Shown: positions 10,901 through 23,803 of the stretch, in pieces
Position numbering within the stretch: position 1 is the first letter of the stretch
Layout: every line of letters starts with the position of its first letter
DNA from: Balanoglossus misakiensis
Taxonomy: Eukaryota; Animalia; Hemichordata
Direction: 5' to 3'
Length of the DNA stretch: 64,000 bases
Assembly: GCA_040954595.2 (NCBI GenBank)
Contig: CM082578.2
Coordinates: 15,732,998-15,796,997, forward strand
The notes under the pieces: generated by a model
What the model was told of the DNA's origin: nothing
Database searches by the model: none
What the model saw: the letters and a program-made list of their open reading frames with translations, nothing else
Made by a program: the position numbers and the translations under genes

Positions 10901-13900
10901 TTTGTCAGTCTGGACATGAGAGATCACAATTATGCTCTTTTAGCATTTCAGTATTGCCATAACACTGTGGTTTAATAGTCTCCTTAATCACAGTCTTGTC
11001 CTCGGTTTACTTTGTCTGCCTTTCTTCTGACTTTATGTTGTTAGACAATCAAATCTCTTTTTAACCCTTGATTCACATTCCCACTGCTCAGCATCCGAAG
11101 GCATAATCCCACCATCACAATTAAAAGTTATTAGAGCCAGTTTGCAAAGAGTCCTCCACACACAACTCACCCAGTATGTAATCGATCTTCAGCAAATAGT
11201 CACAAGACACCACAAAGACAATTTGCTTTTATATCCCAGTGACATCATTTCATAATAGCAGCTGGGGGGGGGGGGGGGGGGGGACAGACATGATTGGAAA
11301 CAAAACACTCTGCCAAGAAAGTCCAAGCTGAAATTTACAGTGCCACATTTGCACTTTCTGGGGAATAAGAAAAAAAAGACTAAAAGCCATTAAAAACAAA
11401 ATGAGGACAGTCAATATCATTAGGTTAATGTCCTTAGGAAGACATACACACACTTTGATCAGCGACACTATCAGTTTGATAGGAAATAGGCAAGTAATGT
11501 CTACTCATGGTTATATCATGTACAAACAAAGATTTGATCCATGTCCACCATTGATTATACCTGACTCAGGACTGACCTTGGTGGAAGAGAGAGCTTTCTG
11601 ACCTCTGCCCTGTTAAAGAAAATCCTCCTTGTTCAAGAAAATGCTGGTTGCTGGTTCAGTGATCATTCTAATTAAACTACCTGCACTGTTGTTTCGTTGA
11701 CCTGTAGGGTCAGATTGCTGGATTGCTGCAGATGAGCAGCTACCAAGCTGATTATGCACAGATACAGAGACTTCAAACAGCCCTTGCACAGAGCAGAGGA
11801 GAAGTCAAAGTCTTGACAGATAAATTGAGGAATTTGGAACATCTTGAGGTGAGACTTCTGCTCTTCACGTTTTTTTGTCCTTCAGTATAAACATAGTCAC
11901 TTACTTTCAGTGTAAGAGGTGTTGTTTCAGTCTTGAAAGAAGCGCTGTTATGTTTAATTCATACTTGACCTTTAAGTTTTATTTGGTGTATAATGAATGG
12001 CAGTTTGAGCCCTATAATTCCATAGGGCATCTTGTATTATAGAGCATCTTGAGGCAAATTTCTCAGTATCACACCTTACAGCACAATAGTATAACATTCA
12101 GCACTCTGCACATGTGACCACCGCCTCACAATTCAGTTATTATTTCAGAAAGTGAGTTGATCTCAAAGCATTTGGCAATGCTTTGTAGAAACCCATTGTA
12201 CAAAGACTGCAGGGCAGTCCTTGAAAACAATCCATAGAAAATGCTTCTCACACACAGACATTCAAAGTGCTTGAAGCATCTAGAAATCATCCAAAAAGGG
12301 TCTTTCATATCACCAGTGTTTGCAACAGTAGATGAATAAAATACCATATAGGTCAATGTTTCCTTCCACTTTATGTCATACATGTACTGGTATCTATAAC
12401 ATATAGCTAGGACAGACATACAGAAAAACCAAGTGGGAAATAGAAGGAAGGACTAATTCATAGTAAAGAAAGAAAGAATGAAAGAGCCAGAGAAATAAGT
12501 GATGTTTCTAATGTTGGTATATTTGTATCAATCGTTGGCATACAAATTACATGTTATTCCATGCATTGCAATATACCTTGATTGATTATTGACAGGGTGA
12601 AGTGACACTGAATAAGCAACTTGGCGAGTTCCGCAGACAACTGTCAGACGAGACCCTGGGTGACCAGGACAATTTCATCCAATTTCTGGAAGTGCAGCTG
12701 AAATCATGCAAGTAAGTTGGCGTATCGTTTGGGCCGATCTGCTGTAGTTGCAGTAATCACTAACACCGGGAACGAATACCACAGTGCTCATTTGAAATAC
12801 CAAAATGATTTTTATGAAGACGGGGGTCACATTTGTAGAATTGACGCAGTAGTTATCAAACGTGCCTTTAAATGCCACTGACAATTAATGTGTAATTAGA
12901 ATACATTTGTGGAATTGATGGTACATGTAAAAGTGCATTGGTAGAATATTTGTGAAAGTGATTTATGATTATCGGTATCATCCGTTTGCTCGCACGTAAC
13001 GTTACATGCTTAGTTTTTACTGTGTTCATATAACATTGCCAGGATTCATGGCATTTGACACTGTGGCCAAAAGCAATCCACAACAAACACATATATAGTG
13101 TGTGTGTGGGGGGGGGACACTTTCCAACCTGAACCCTGTTTAGCTCGAGATAAGCCACTGTCTAAATTTTAACACTGGTGTAGCATAATGTACCATTACA
13201 TTTCCTGGCAACTGGCCATGAGAGGGTAATGGCTGTCTGCCCAACCGAGTGTGAGTCATCCCAAAATGGCCTGCTTCCTGAGGGCAAAGGCAGAGAGAAT
13301 CAGGCCATTTTTCGGTGACTCACTCACAGGCTCAAGAGTAGACAGGCTTGGCGCTGTTACCCGTACCCAAATATGGCAAGTCAATATTTGTGTTTTGTGA
13401 CACACCTCACAGGTCGTCAATACATGGGTCTAACCACAACACATCATTTATTGTGTCTCTCTGTGACTTCAAAGTTTCATCTCTGCAACAGTTCTACAGG
13501 TGACTGCATTTCTTTGCCAAATGAAACAAAACAAAATGGTTTCATGAAATTGCATCTTGATAGGAAAGAATTGGGTGAAGTGAAACGGGAGCTGCAAACT
13601 CAAAGACTGTTGCGGATTGAAGACAGCGATAAACTTTGGAAGACGGAGAAGAAACTCCACCAGACTGAAAGTAACACGGAAAAGATGAGAGCTGACAGTA
13701 TGCGCTTACATCTCAAGTTGGAGGAACTCAGAGCAAAATATGGAGAAAATGGTGAGTATCAATAAATTAATATTTGGTTTAACAATGCCAATATAACACA
13801 TAAAAAGAGATTCTGTATCTATTTAAAGATATACAAGACATATAAATGTACTGAATAGGATTGAATGTTGAATATTCATTTATTTTTAATGGTAACTTTA

Positions 13901-14809
13901 TCAACATGGTCAATAGTCAGCTTGCTGTAAAACCAGTTGCATTATAAAAAACCCAGACAATCTACAATGTAAAACGTTTGAACTGAACAGATAAAATTCA
14001 GAGGACATTCTGTTGCTTCACCCAATTCGTCTCAGTTTGTATATATCCGGAAAACAAAGATGTTTTCAGTCTATTGATTTTCGAGGGCTGTTATTTTTGA
14101 GAATGAAATGAAGGGAAGTCATAGATTATGTATGACACAGGATGGAGAAGATCATTAGTGTATGCTGGTGTCCAGGTTTCAAGAACGTAGGAGCAATTTC
14201 GATAATATTTTTGTCATTGATGACAAATCTAAAAATATATTTTCTGTTCATATTGTTTTTGTTTTTTTTCACTCAGACGAGAGGAACAAGCAAGGAATAC
14301 TCCTTGGCAATGTGGAAAAAGTGCCCATTAGGAGGAGGAAGAAGGCGGAAAGTTCAGGAAATTGTCAGGATTCGATGGAAAATGATCTAAAAGAAACCCG
14401 TCAAACTGACACTGAAATAGTCGGTGCAGGAAACGTTACTAATGATGCCGGAGTTGCACCGAAGAAAGTGAAAACAAGCGACAATTCCGTGGGGTGTAAG
14501 AATGGTTCCCATGGCGATGGTGTGGAAACTCCGGATTCGGAATTAGAGAATGTGCACCAAACTAAAAAGAAAGTTACAATGTGCGAAGTTGTGTCGGTTC
14601 TCAATGAGTCCGGGACTTTTACAGAAGAGAATATACAGGAGGATTGTGAAGCAGAGCATCATGGGAAAACTGGCAAAGTAGAGAGTGATGGCCCCGAGGT
14701 AACAGAATCCAAGGGAAGGCGCCGCACGGGTAGGAGAGGGGGTAAACAGTGCCAGAAAGTTATTTCTAGCAAGGATGCATTAGTGAAAAATGAATGTAAC
14801 CAACAATAA
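7955..14809 (+). CDS. SPDL1: Protein Spindly (CCDC99), kinetochore dynein-dynactin adaptor; join(7955-8128,8246-8491,8650-8775,8915-9064,9243-9341,9801-9911,11708-11848,12596-12711,13564-13751,14277-14809), 1884 nt, ~627 aa
   Basis: All introns are GT-AG with consistent phases (0,0,0,0,0,0,0,2,1). Coiled-coil exons; CC1 box AAEIGKQLL; LEQEKYSL; Spindly motif KGNSLFAE|VDDRR across the 9341/9801 junction; C-terminal CaaX-like CNQQ; good Kozak ACCATGG at 7955; AATAAA at the stop and at 14901 and ~14934. Confidence 0.93.
11264..11283. repeat. Poly-G tract (G20) in SPDL1 intron
   Basis: 20 consecutive G. Confidence 0.95.
13177..13406. mobile_element. Palindromic MITE-like non-autonomous element in SPDL1 intron
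   Basis: Inner inverted repeat GTGTGAGTCATCCCAAAATGGCCTG (13249-13273) / CAGGCCATTTTTCGGTGACTCACTC (13301-13325). Outer degenerate arms GGGTAATGGCTGTCTGC / GTAGACAG..CTGTTACCC and GGTGT.../...ACACC. Confidence 0.6.
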
Positions 14810-15861
14810 ATAAAGACTTCAATCTGATGATATCTACTTTTGACACTTATCTGTAAGCTTATCCCTTCATTTTTCCTTTGGTATTTGTTACTTGTTTTTC
14901 AATAAAAAATGTAAAAGGTTTCAAAGAAACTGGAATAAAGTAGATTGCTCGTTTCTGCAGTCCAGTATGTTTGGGAAAAACAGCAGCTTTTGAGTGGTGA
15001 TTTAATCTTATCAGCAGGCACTATGTAGGATATGGGTGCTGATAACTGTGTGTATCTACACACCACCTTGCTCATTGGTATCGGTTATGAACACACTGTG
15101 ATGGAGACTCTACGGCCTCCATGATGACAATGGTCACTATTCCTGCCAGTATTACAATTAACCCACACAGTTTAGTTTAATACTGAGAAATACAATTATA
15201 TTCTAGGTGTGAAATGATAAACCACGGACAACAGAGGTTAGGAACAACAACTCACAAACAAGGGACTAACGGCACAAAACGCCACCACCGGACAACATGG
15301 TGGAACAATACACCATGTGGACGGTTTACAAGACCAGTTTCTTTTAATAAACGAGTACCTGCCAACTTTGAGTGCGATGCGCGTTTCAAAGAATGCCTCT
15401 GTTCAAACGTACATAAATGACCCCTTTCTTTGGATCTACCAAGAAGGGTGTGACGTCACAGACGTCTTTGGTCGCACAGACGTGACATGTTGACGCGTTC
15501 CTTGGATTTCGTGGGAACCCTTCCAAATGACGCGTCGACGCATTTCCCAATAGGGTATTTACAGTAAGACCTTTGGCCGCATTGCCCATTCATTTATCTA
15601 TCCAACATCTGCTTCAGTTTTAATCCTTTTGGACTGGTCATACATCCACGTGTTGTTACCCGGCGTCTGTCGTCTTGACGATGGCTGTTACCATTAGATA
15701 CCACTTTTGGAGAAGATAAGAAAAGATATCTCGTTTTATATCACTGCTTGCATACAGTCGCTGATAATCTTGTAACCAGCTCGATCATTCAGGCAGATCC
15801 TAACAAATACAGCGACCTCATCTCTCTTGATTTATCAAAATTCCTAAATTTGTTTCCACTG

Positions 15862-15892
15862 AGTTTGAAAAAGATAGTTTGAAAAAGATAGT
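15862..15892. repeat. 14-bp tandem duplication (AGTTTGAAAAAGAT)x2
   Basis: Direct read of the sequence. Confidence 0.85.
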
Positions 15893-18800
15893 GTTTCGAA
15901 CCTCAAATAGACAGTAAACCTTGCTTTTGTTCCAATCTAAACCCCGCCATAGCTCAGTTAAGAGCTGTGTTATATTAACCCAGATTTTCTAGGTGTTCAT
16001 AAATATAGTTGATGCATGTGCAGTCATAGAACAAGTGTAATACCGCTCGATCGAACTTCCTTTCAGAGTTTAATCTACATCTCAATAGGGAACACCAATT
16101 ATCTCGTAAACGAGACTGCAGTTGGCGCAGCATCACCCATCATGTTTGCATGTAATCACGTTCTTCCGTGGTATCTGCTCGTTCGCAGAGGATTTACAAA
16201 TCTTAATGTGAGGAAGAGTGATAAAGATGATGATAATACTGGCAGCCACACACAGAGACTGGATTATCGAGACACTCAATTCTTACGGCCCGAGAGCCGT
16301 TCATTATTGTTTCAGGGTGCATCAATAGTCTTCCACACGGACTCATGGGTTACACAGACATTCCATCACCACAGTCCATCGCTGCGGATCCGTAGCCTAG
16401 TCCTGCAATTTCCTTCGGTCGTTTGTGATGGGGACAGCCGAGTGACATGGATGCTCCAGTGATGGCTGTACTCTGTCGTCACCTAGCAAACAGCCGACGA
16501 ACAAAGCACGCAGCCAGAGCCACACGTCTCCAACTTGAAATAGCAATTTACTAACCCATTTAATGGCTTGGTGATGGTGAACTTGTGTGGGGACACGCTA
16601 TGGGTGGTAATATTAAACGGACGCTGTAATTTTTAATGCCTAACATACTGACAGTTTATGAGATAGCCTTGGCTATGTGATCCATGCGGTCTGTGTATTG
16701 AAGTACGCAGATAGCGGACTGTGCTGGTGATACACAGTGGCATATACATGTAATGAGCTTTATATACTTGTCTGGGTTTATTAGAATACCCGCAATGTTG
16801 CTGAGAACTTGCACATTAAAATATCAGGAATCGATTGAGTCGGCCATTCTATCCCATTAAATTATGAACCACTTTCGACGCCACAAAGTGAGGCGTCAAC
16901 AATACTACGCCTAAATGCATGGACTTGTCTTCATTCACAAATACGAACTCGAAAGTTATGGAAAGAGAAAATGGATCCCCTTGAAAAACTACTAAGCTTA
17001 TAAAAGTTTGTTATATTGTACCTGAAATAATTGAAAACATTTATGAAATGTGGCTAATTTTCCCGCAGTGGACCTTACTGTTATGAAACGATTCATAGAC
17101 ACTATTAAATGGTAGACGTGATGAGGTTTTCACTTCCTTCAATACATTTGCTATACCAGGGTTCAGCAAAAGTTCCACTTGGAAAATTCTTCAGAAATGA
17201 TGTAAGTGGTATCCCCTGCTCAAACCAACGACTTCCTGAAGTCCCTCGGGAGTAACCGAATCTAACAACTACACTTTTCCCTGGAAATCAGGTCACCACC
17301 CCGTGGGACGGACGTTTTCAGAATCAAACTGCACACCCCGACATATTATTGGCTAATACCTAGCAATCATAACTCGAAACTTGAGCAGAGGATTTCCGTT
17401 AATATCACGGCAATTCTAGTGAGAACTATTTCCTATCCCCACGACGTTTAAGGGTCATGTGGTTTACCGTATACACTCAAACATGCACGACAGAAGAAAA
17501 AAGAACGCGAGTGACCCCTAACCACGTGAAATCTAATAGGCAAATGACCTGGGCATTCTCTAAGAAATATTAACATTATTGGGCCGCACTATTGAAAAAA
17601 GTAAATTAATGGAACAGTGAATCTTACAAATGAGCAGAAAGTCAAATTACCGTAAATGCAACTATCACGTGAAAGCATAGAAACACGTCACATTTAGCGA
17701 TTTTTTGCTTCTCTGCGAAAAACAACCGTTAAAAGAAGACCCGTCTGCAACAGAGAACCTGGCCAGAGGCAATTGCAAAGACACACAATGGCATATACAC
17801 CTTTACCTCCAAGAAGCGATTCCATGAACGCCTCTCAGTGCAAGTGCATAGACCAAGCGGAACATAGAAAATCCGTTAAATTAACGATATTGCATATTGC
17901 ATTGACATTTTGCCAAAACTGCGCATGTGAATCTCCAAGAATGGAAAACACCAGCCATTGAATTACAATTGAGGAGGAAAATGTTTATTTCTTTCCACTA
18001 GACTTGAAATTGCATCATGTGACCCGGACAGCTAAAAGAGTGTGACTGATGTCACCGCAAATGAGCAAATTGGTTTGGAACATGGAACGGAACGGAAAGG
18101 GAAGTTGGGTTTATGAGACAGGAAACGAAAGTCCCCAACGAAACTTATTCATTAAAATGTCGGCCACGTCTTTCATTCTGAAAAAGCTCCCTAACAGTTC
18201 AATCCAATTTCTTACACATACTGACATACATACGTACGTACGTACAGACAAAAATTATCGTTATGTATTCATGTTTTTTCCCTAATACGTTGAAAACTGA
18301 ACGGTGACCAAATAACCAATCAAATACAAAAATCCCGGACAAGTTCAAAAGTAGCAAATCAACATAATTGAGCGCAAAGAAGCCGGTCATCGCCGTAAGA
18401 CAATGGTTTTACGATACGACGACTGGGCTGAAGAGCGCAGGAAATTGAATTCTCCGTCGCCCTGTCATTCTTTCACGGTTTCATTAAATTTCATTAGGGT
18501 CATCAGCGCCACAAATGAACTCTCCTCTGCTTATGCGCAAAGAGATAAAAAAAATCCACGATGTAGGAAGGAAAATTGGACAAAGGTCAACGTTTCTTCA
18601 TAAATGGAAAGTTTCATGCCAAAATTTCGAATATGTATTTCAGTGTTGAAAAGGAGACGCATGATGGGAGTGTCGAGAACACTGCACGAGAGGAAATTGC
18701 CGGAAGCCACTCGGAAATACCTTCTCGTTGATCGTTGCACGAGACGGGTTTTTCATAGCGGAAATGTATCGGAAACGCTATCCGCATCTTAGCCTGAGGT

Positions 18801-21091
18801 GATATCAATGGGACAGAATAACGCGCATCATTATCTGAGAGATGAGCGAACAAATCCATTTTTCTTTTGTCTGCGTTCTCTCATCATCGAGTGCTCTCCT
18901 GTGTTGAGGGGAAACGAGATGTTATCGGTTGAGCTAAATTGTCGACGCGTCTATTCTCACTTCAAAGAGATACACGCAACTGAGATCACACGCATGATGA
19001 CGCTCGCTGCGTTGCCCCAAGAGACGTCATCTCGTGGTCACACACGAACAAAGCCAAAGTGAAGAACCCTATGCGCTGATGAACGTCTCTGTTTACGCGG
19101 AAAAAAACAGCGGTCGTGCTCCGGTCGCGATATGACAAGACGTGCAGCAAAAACATCAATGACATAAAAGTCGAACTTTCATTGAAATGTGATATTTTAT
19201 AGAGTCTTTGAGGAGGGCACGCAAATGATGTGTTACTGACGTTGGCTTCACATAATTGAGGCAATTATTACGACCCGAGATTTCAATCTTCTGCCGTCAT
19301 CTTCCGTATCAAATGAAGCGATGTCGAAACGCTAGTCTACATCCCAGGGCAATTCCAACAAATGACGCCCTACCCTCATCGACGAAATGCCGCTCATTAA
19401 TCAAGCAACCATCAAGCCAATCCAAGCAAGCACTGCACATAAATTCGATGATGTCATCTCGGCAAAAATGTCACTACCTATTTTGATCTCGTGCGCCTTT
19501 CGAGAAAAGGGTGTATTTGTCTTCGTTCTCCTGTGCTGTACGTGAAATGTTTATGACACCAAGACTTCGGCGATATATTGCACAAGGAAACGTTTCTCCT
19601 TTAAAACCACGTGGAATGTGTTAACAACATTGTCCAAGGTATATTGCCTATTGCTGCGTATAAGCACGGTATTGTTCGGAAGCATGTTAATCCCAGTTTT
19701 TCACCGACGCGCATATGCATTGTTGATATTTGTATTTATGGCCGGACTAAAAGTCAACTGACAACAAAAGGCGTAACGGTTCAAAGAGTGAGATATATTA
19801 CTAAGCATAAAAATAAACAAGGTCATCTCAAATCGAATGAACATATGACTTTTTATTTTTTTATCAGAGGCATGAAAGCCATTCCGACCTTGTGGCCGTG
19901 ACATAAAGACATAATTTTACACTGATATTTGTACCGTTCTGTGTAGATCATAAAATGACAAACTTCAAACCGCCCTCCCCTCAATGGTTCGCCTTTCATG
20001 GTAGTTTTCTGAATATATTCACAATCACCGCTCCGAGCAATGTTATCACCAATGACAATGCACGTGTCATATGAAGAGATTTGTTTTCCCGCAGGGGCGG
20101 AATGTCACTCTAGACATCACGGTTTCACTCTGACCCCCCAGATTGATGACGTAATTTCAGCATTCAACTGCGTCTTCGCCATATAATTACTGCGGCGTGC
20201 GTATGACCAGGGTAAAATATGTTTCTCAACGCACGATATACTTTTCTCGCTAGTGGACAAACGATATATTTGAGGGTCAAAGGAACAACGCAAGTAACGT
20301 ACCAGCGAATGATAGAAACAACGGAAATGGCGTCAAAAGACGGTGACTTTGACAACAGCGAAATCAATCACATCTGTGCACGAAAGAAAATAGGCTTTTT
20401 TGTATTGAAGCAAAGAAGCATGCTGATACCTGACAGTGAATACGCGTTGAAATTCAACAAACAGTGACAATAGTCGGCGTTTAGCACTTTAAAACTCCCC
20501 AAGATGAAGATATTTTTAATTCAACACTGGTGTTACACGTTAAGCGGTGGCGAGACCATCTCACACTCATTATTGTAGTGCCAGCTTTTTTGATTGTCTA
20601 AAACTCTTGGAATATATTATTAAAAATAGATTTAACATATCGAAATGTGTTTTCTTGGTTAATAAATGTAGGACCACAGTGTTGGAAACAACGACACAGC
20701 CATTTGAACAACACATCACAAGATTTGACGGGTTGTTTTCCACAACCACTGTTTTGTTGTTGGAACTCGCAAGTTTCCGAAACAAAAGCACTTTAGAAAT
20801 ATTTTCTTACATAAAGCTTGCCTTTTTTAAAACGTTGTAATGATACACACTACAAAGGAATAAGGTGCCGGGTTGTAAAATGTTACCTTCCACGTAAACT
20901 TGTTTTGTTTCTCGTCAAGAAGTCACCTACTCGCGTGAGAGAGAGTGGGTTTTGTGTGAGAGAAACGTGTTACCAAGCGTATCCCACACTTGCCACGCGC
21001 AGACGGCCGAATATGACCCTATTTCTTTTTATTAAGGGTCATTTTCGGGGAACGAGTCATACTTGATTGCGTCTCGAATTTTGACATACCC

Positions 21092-21101
21092 CCATATATG
21101 G
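21092..21101. promoter_or_regulatory. Perfect CArG box (SRF site) upstream of ELK
   Basis: CCATATATGG = CC(A/T)6GG. Confidence 0.5.
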
Positions 21102-23198
21102 CCGGGCTTGTGCTTTTTTTTCTTCAAAACGGGGTCTATCAATGACCCTACGGTATACCATAGGTCGACTCGGTTGCTTTAATCTATCAACCCGATATTG
21201 AGTTCGGGTGTTTTCTGAACTGTAGTTTGTAACTTTTTAATCATCTTTGGCAATTGTCGCCTTTATAGCACTAAACGACGCATAAACCGAATTTTATGTT
21301 CCAGTGTTCCACTGGGAATAAACGTTCATGCATCTTTGGTGGCACTAAGCTTAAACTTTTTACGACATTTAAATTTGATCATGGTCACCTGGATTGGCCG
21401 TTACTCGTGCTCGCCAGACATAATATAAAAATTCTTCTCGCAAAATGAAAATTCCAATTGCGGTATTAAAATTCCTGGCGCACGCAGCCGAGGAATATTT
21501 AAATAATGAAAGACAACTTTCGTATTTTCTGAAAGGCATATACCGTGTAGCAGTGTTGCTATTGTGTATAGGAAGTAATCAATGCATTTTGCTCACCGTT
21601 CATTGATTGTTTGAAAAAACTAATAGCAGGTCAACGACCCGGGGTAGAACAATCCAGACAAATTAAGAAACCCGGACATGTCACCATACACAGTTAATGA
21701 TTTGGACTTTCGGATCTTTTCACAGACTCAACTGCGAGACTACTGAAGCGTATAGATGAGCCCGGGGGACCACTCATATTACAACGAAAGTCTGTGCACT
21801 GTACTATACTATGGAGAACGTTATCCGCTCGACTTGGTAGTCCGTCATTGCAGTAAATTATATGAAACCGATACAGGCAAGGAAGAACGACATGACATCA
21901 TCTAAACCAAATAAAAACAAACCTAAAGCACAAATGTTTGGACCAAATCCCCCTTGATCGATATTTTTGCTGATGTCAGCTGCTGAAGACCATTCTACTT
22001 AACGTCAAATGTCTAAACTGAATTACATCGCGGGTGCCTTAACTTCTACAATATTCAATTTCATGTGCGTACACGGTATACATGAACCCACTTAAAAACA
22101 AATTTAACATCACAAACTTCCCCCGGTTTGTTTACATGTGAATTAAACACGCGGATTTCTTCGGAACTCGTGAATTATGAATTTGTGTTGCGTGTTGGCA
22201 CCGATGTAGGCCTAAAGCGGAAGAGATCGATTTCCGAAAATACTCGGAAACATCGAAACTATACATGTGGTCAGTTTTCCGATAACTGTGACATGCATGA
22301 CATGACATGGGTGTACACATTTGATAAGAGGCTCTGAAGCATGAGGACATGCGTCATACTGTCCTTCACGTTCTGTAGCTCGAGACCTGAGTAGGAATTT
22401 AGGTTTGTGGGCGGTGCCGTAACGTTTAGGCATATTAAAGCCGCCTAAACCACGTCCATGCTCAAACTTGTTCTGGGCAAGTCTCTTAATCATCTTATGC
22501 TCAAACGCGATAGCCGAAACATAAAGAAGTTGTAGAACCTTACATTCATAGTGAGAGATTTTTTTGCTCAAGACAGGTTTCTCTGCCCACAGACTGTATT
22601 TAGGCCCATATTTTACTTCTACAGAATGTCGGGGGTGGCGATCTAACGTCACACTACGTCAAAATACGTGCAGACCTGTGGTCTTCTGAGTGCTTGAGGG
22701 CACGTGTTCATCAGGTGTCCGAATGGTTCGAGTGTCCGAAAACCGATTCATTCGGACAAAGGGGACAAGTACTTTGGTGAACAAAATAATGACAAAATAT
22801 CTTATCACGGGGAATTAAAACAAGTACAAAGAAGTTGGCACGGTGACGAACTTGCCATAGATCTGCAATCATATTACAGTTGAGCTCATGTGACACCCGT
22901 TTTGCTTAAATATTTTCACCTGGTGAAATCGAGAACACGAACAGTCTGCTATTACACATTCCTTCCCAATCAAATGACTGACAACTTGGTCACTGAGCTA
23001 ATCTTCCAGCTAGTACAAGCACAACATAGGCTTATTATTTGCATAATGCTTTTTGGAAGATTTCTTGAAATCTGAAGACATCCTTGTTAGGAGGGGGACG
23101 ATCTGGGTGTATTCGTGGGACTAAGTGCTATTTTCGTCGTAGTGATGTAACAGGTGAGTATCACACAAGTGAGGTTTGCGTCAAGTTGGCCCCTGTGA

Positions 23199-23223
23199 CC
23201 ATATATGGTCACACGACCCGGAA
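23199..23223. promoter_or_regulatory. Serum-response-element-like module: CArG plus adjacent ETS core
   Basis: CCATATATGG 23199-23208 followed by CCGGAA 23218-23223, ~450 bp upstream of ELK exon 1. Confidence 0.55.
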
Positions 23224-23539
23224 CAGCCCTTGTGTCAAAGATAAGTACAACGGATTGGCCGTGCGTGCGTTGACTCCACTACGAGAGAGGCTCGGCTGAA
23301 CAATATCACTCGGGCATTGTGCTACGCTGATCGTGACGCACAACGTATGACCCGGAGAAAGAGTCTAAACAAAACAGTCGCATACTACTCTATCTCCTTA
23401 TAGGCGGTATCAATAAACAATACGGACGTCCTAATCTGCCTCACAAGGAAGTCGACGTTGCCTATTGTTCCTCTGTTTACACACGACATACGTAAATTTG
23501 TCTATCAATCAAATGCGTACCGATCCCTCGTTCTGCTCG

Positions 23540-23803
23540 ACTCGGCCAATCAGAAGAGAGCGTCGGTGCAATGACGTCACTACAGACGTACATCTGCTAT
23601 TTATAGGGTGTTCCCCCTCAATACTACAAAACACTGCCACTTCCGGTATCTCGTCACAGATAATCAGTTCGTAGAAACAGTGCGTAGAGTGTGTTAGTGT
23701 GTACGACTTGGTGATATCACGTCATTCAGTGAGACGGAAGAAGGCGACTCGTAGCGAGTTTTTTTATTTGCCAGTTTTGTAATTCCGTTCGGCGGTATCA
23801 CAG
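23540..23803 (+). promoter_or_regulatory. Distal ELK promoter and non-coding exon 1
   Basis: CCAAT 23546-23550; CRE TGACGTCA 23572-23579; MEF2 CTATTTATAG 23597-23606; ELK consensus ACTTCCGGT 23639-23647; strong donor CAG|GTAAGT at 23803/23804; CpG-rich. Confidence 0.65.

Noticed and set aside
16016-16462. 148-aa + strand ORF
   Set aside because: No recognisable domain; chance ORF in a CpG-rich region.
22212-22652. 146-aa - strand ORF divergent from the ELK promoter
   Set aside because: GTG start, no motif or family similarity, no clear splice partners.
23396-23404. CCTTATAGG as a third CArG box near ELK
   Set aside because: Only five A/T between CC and GG.
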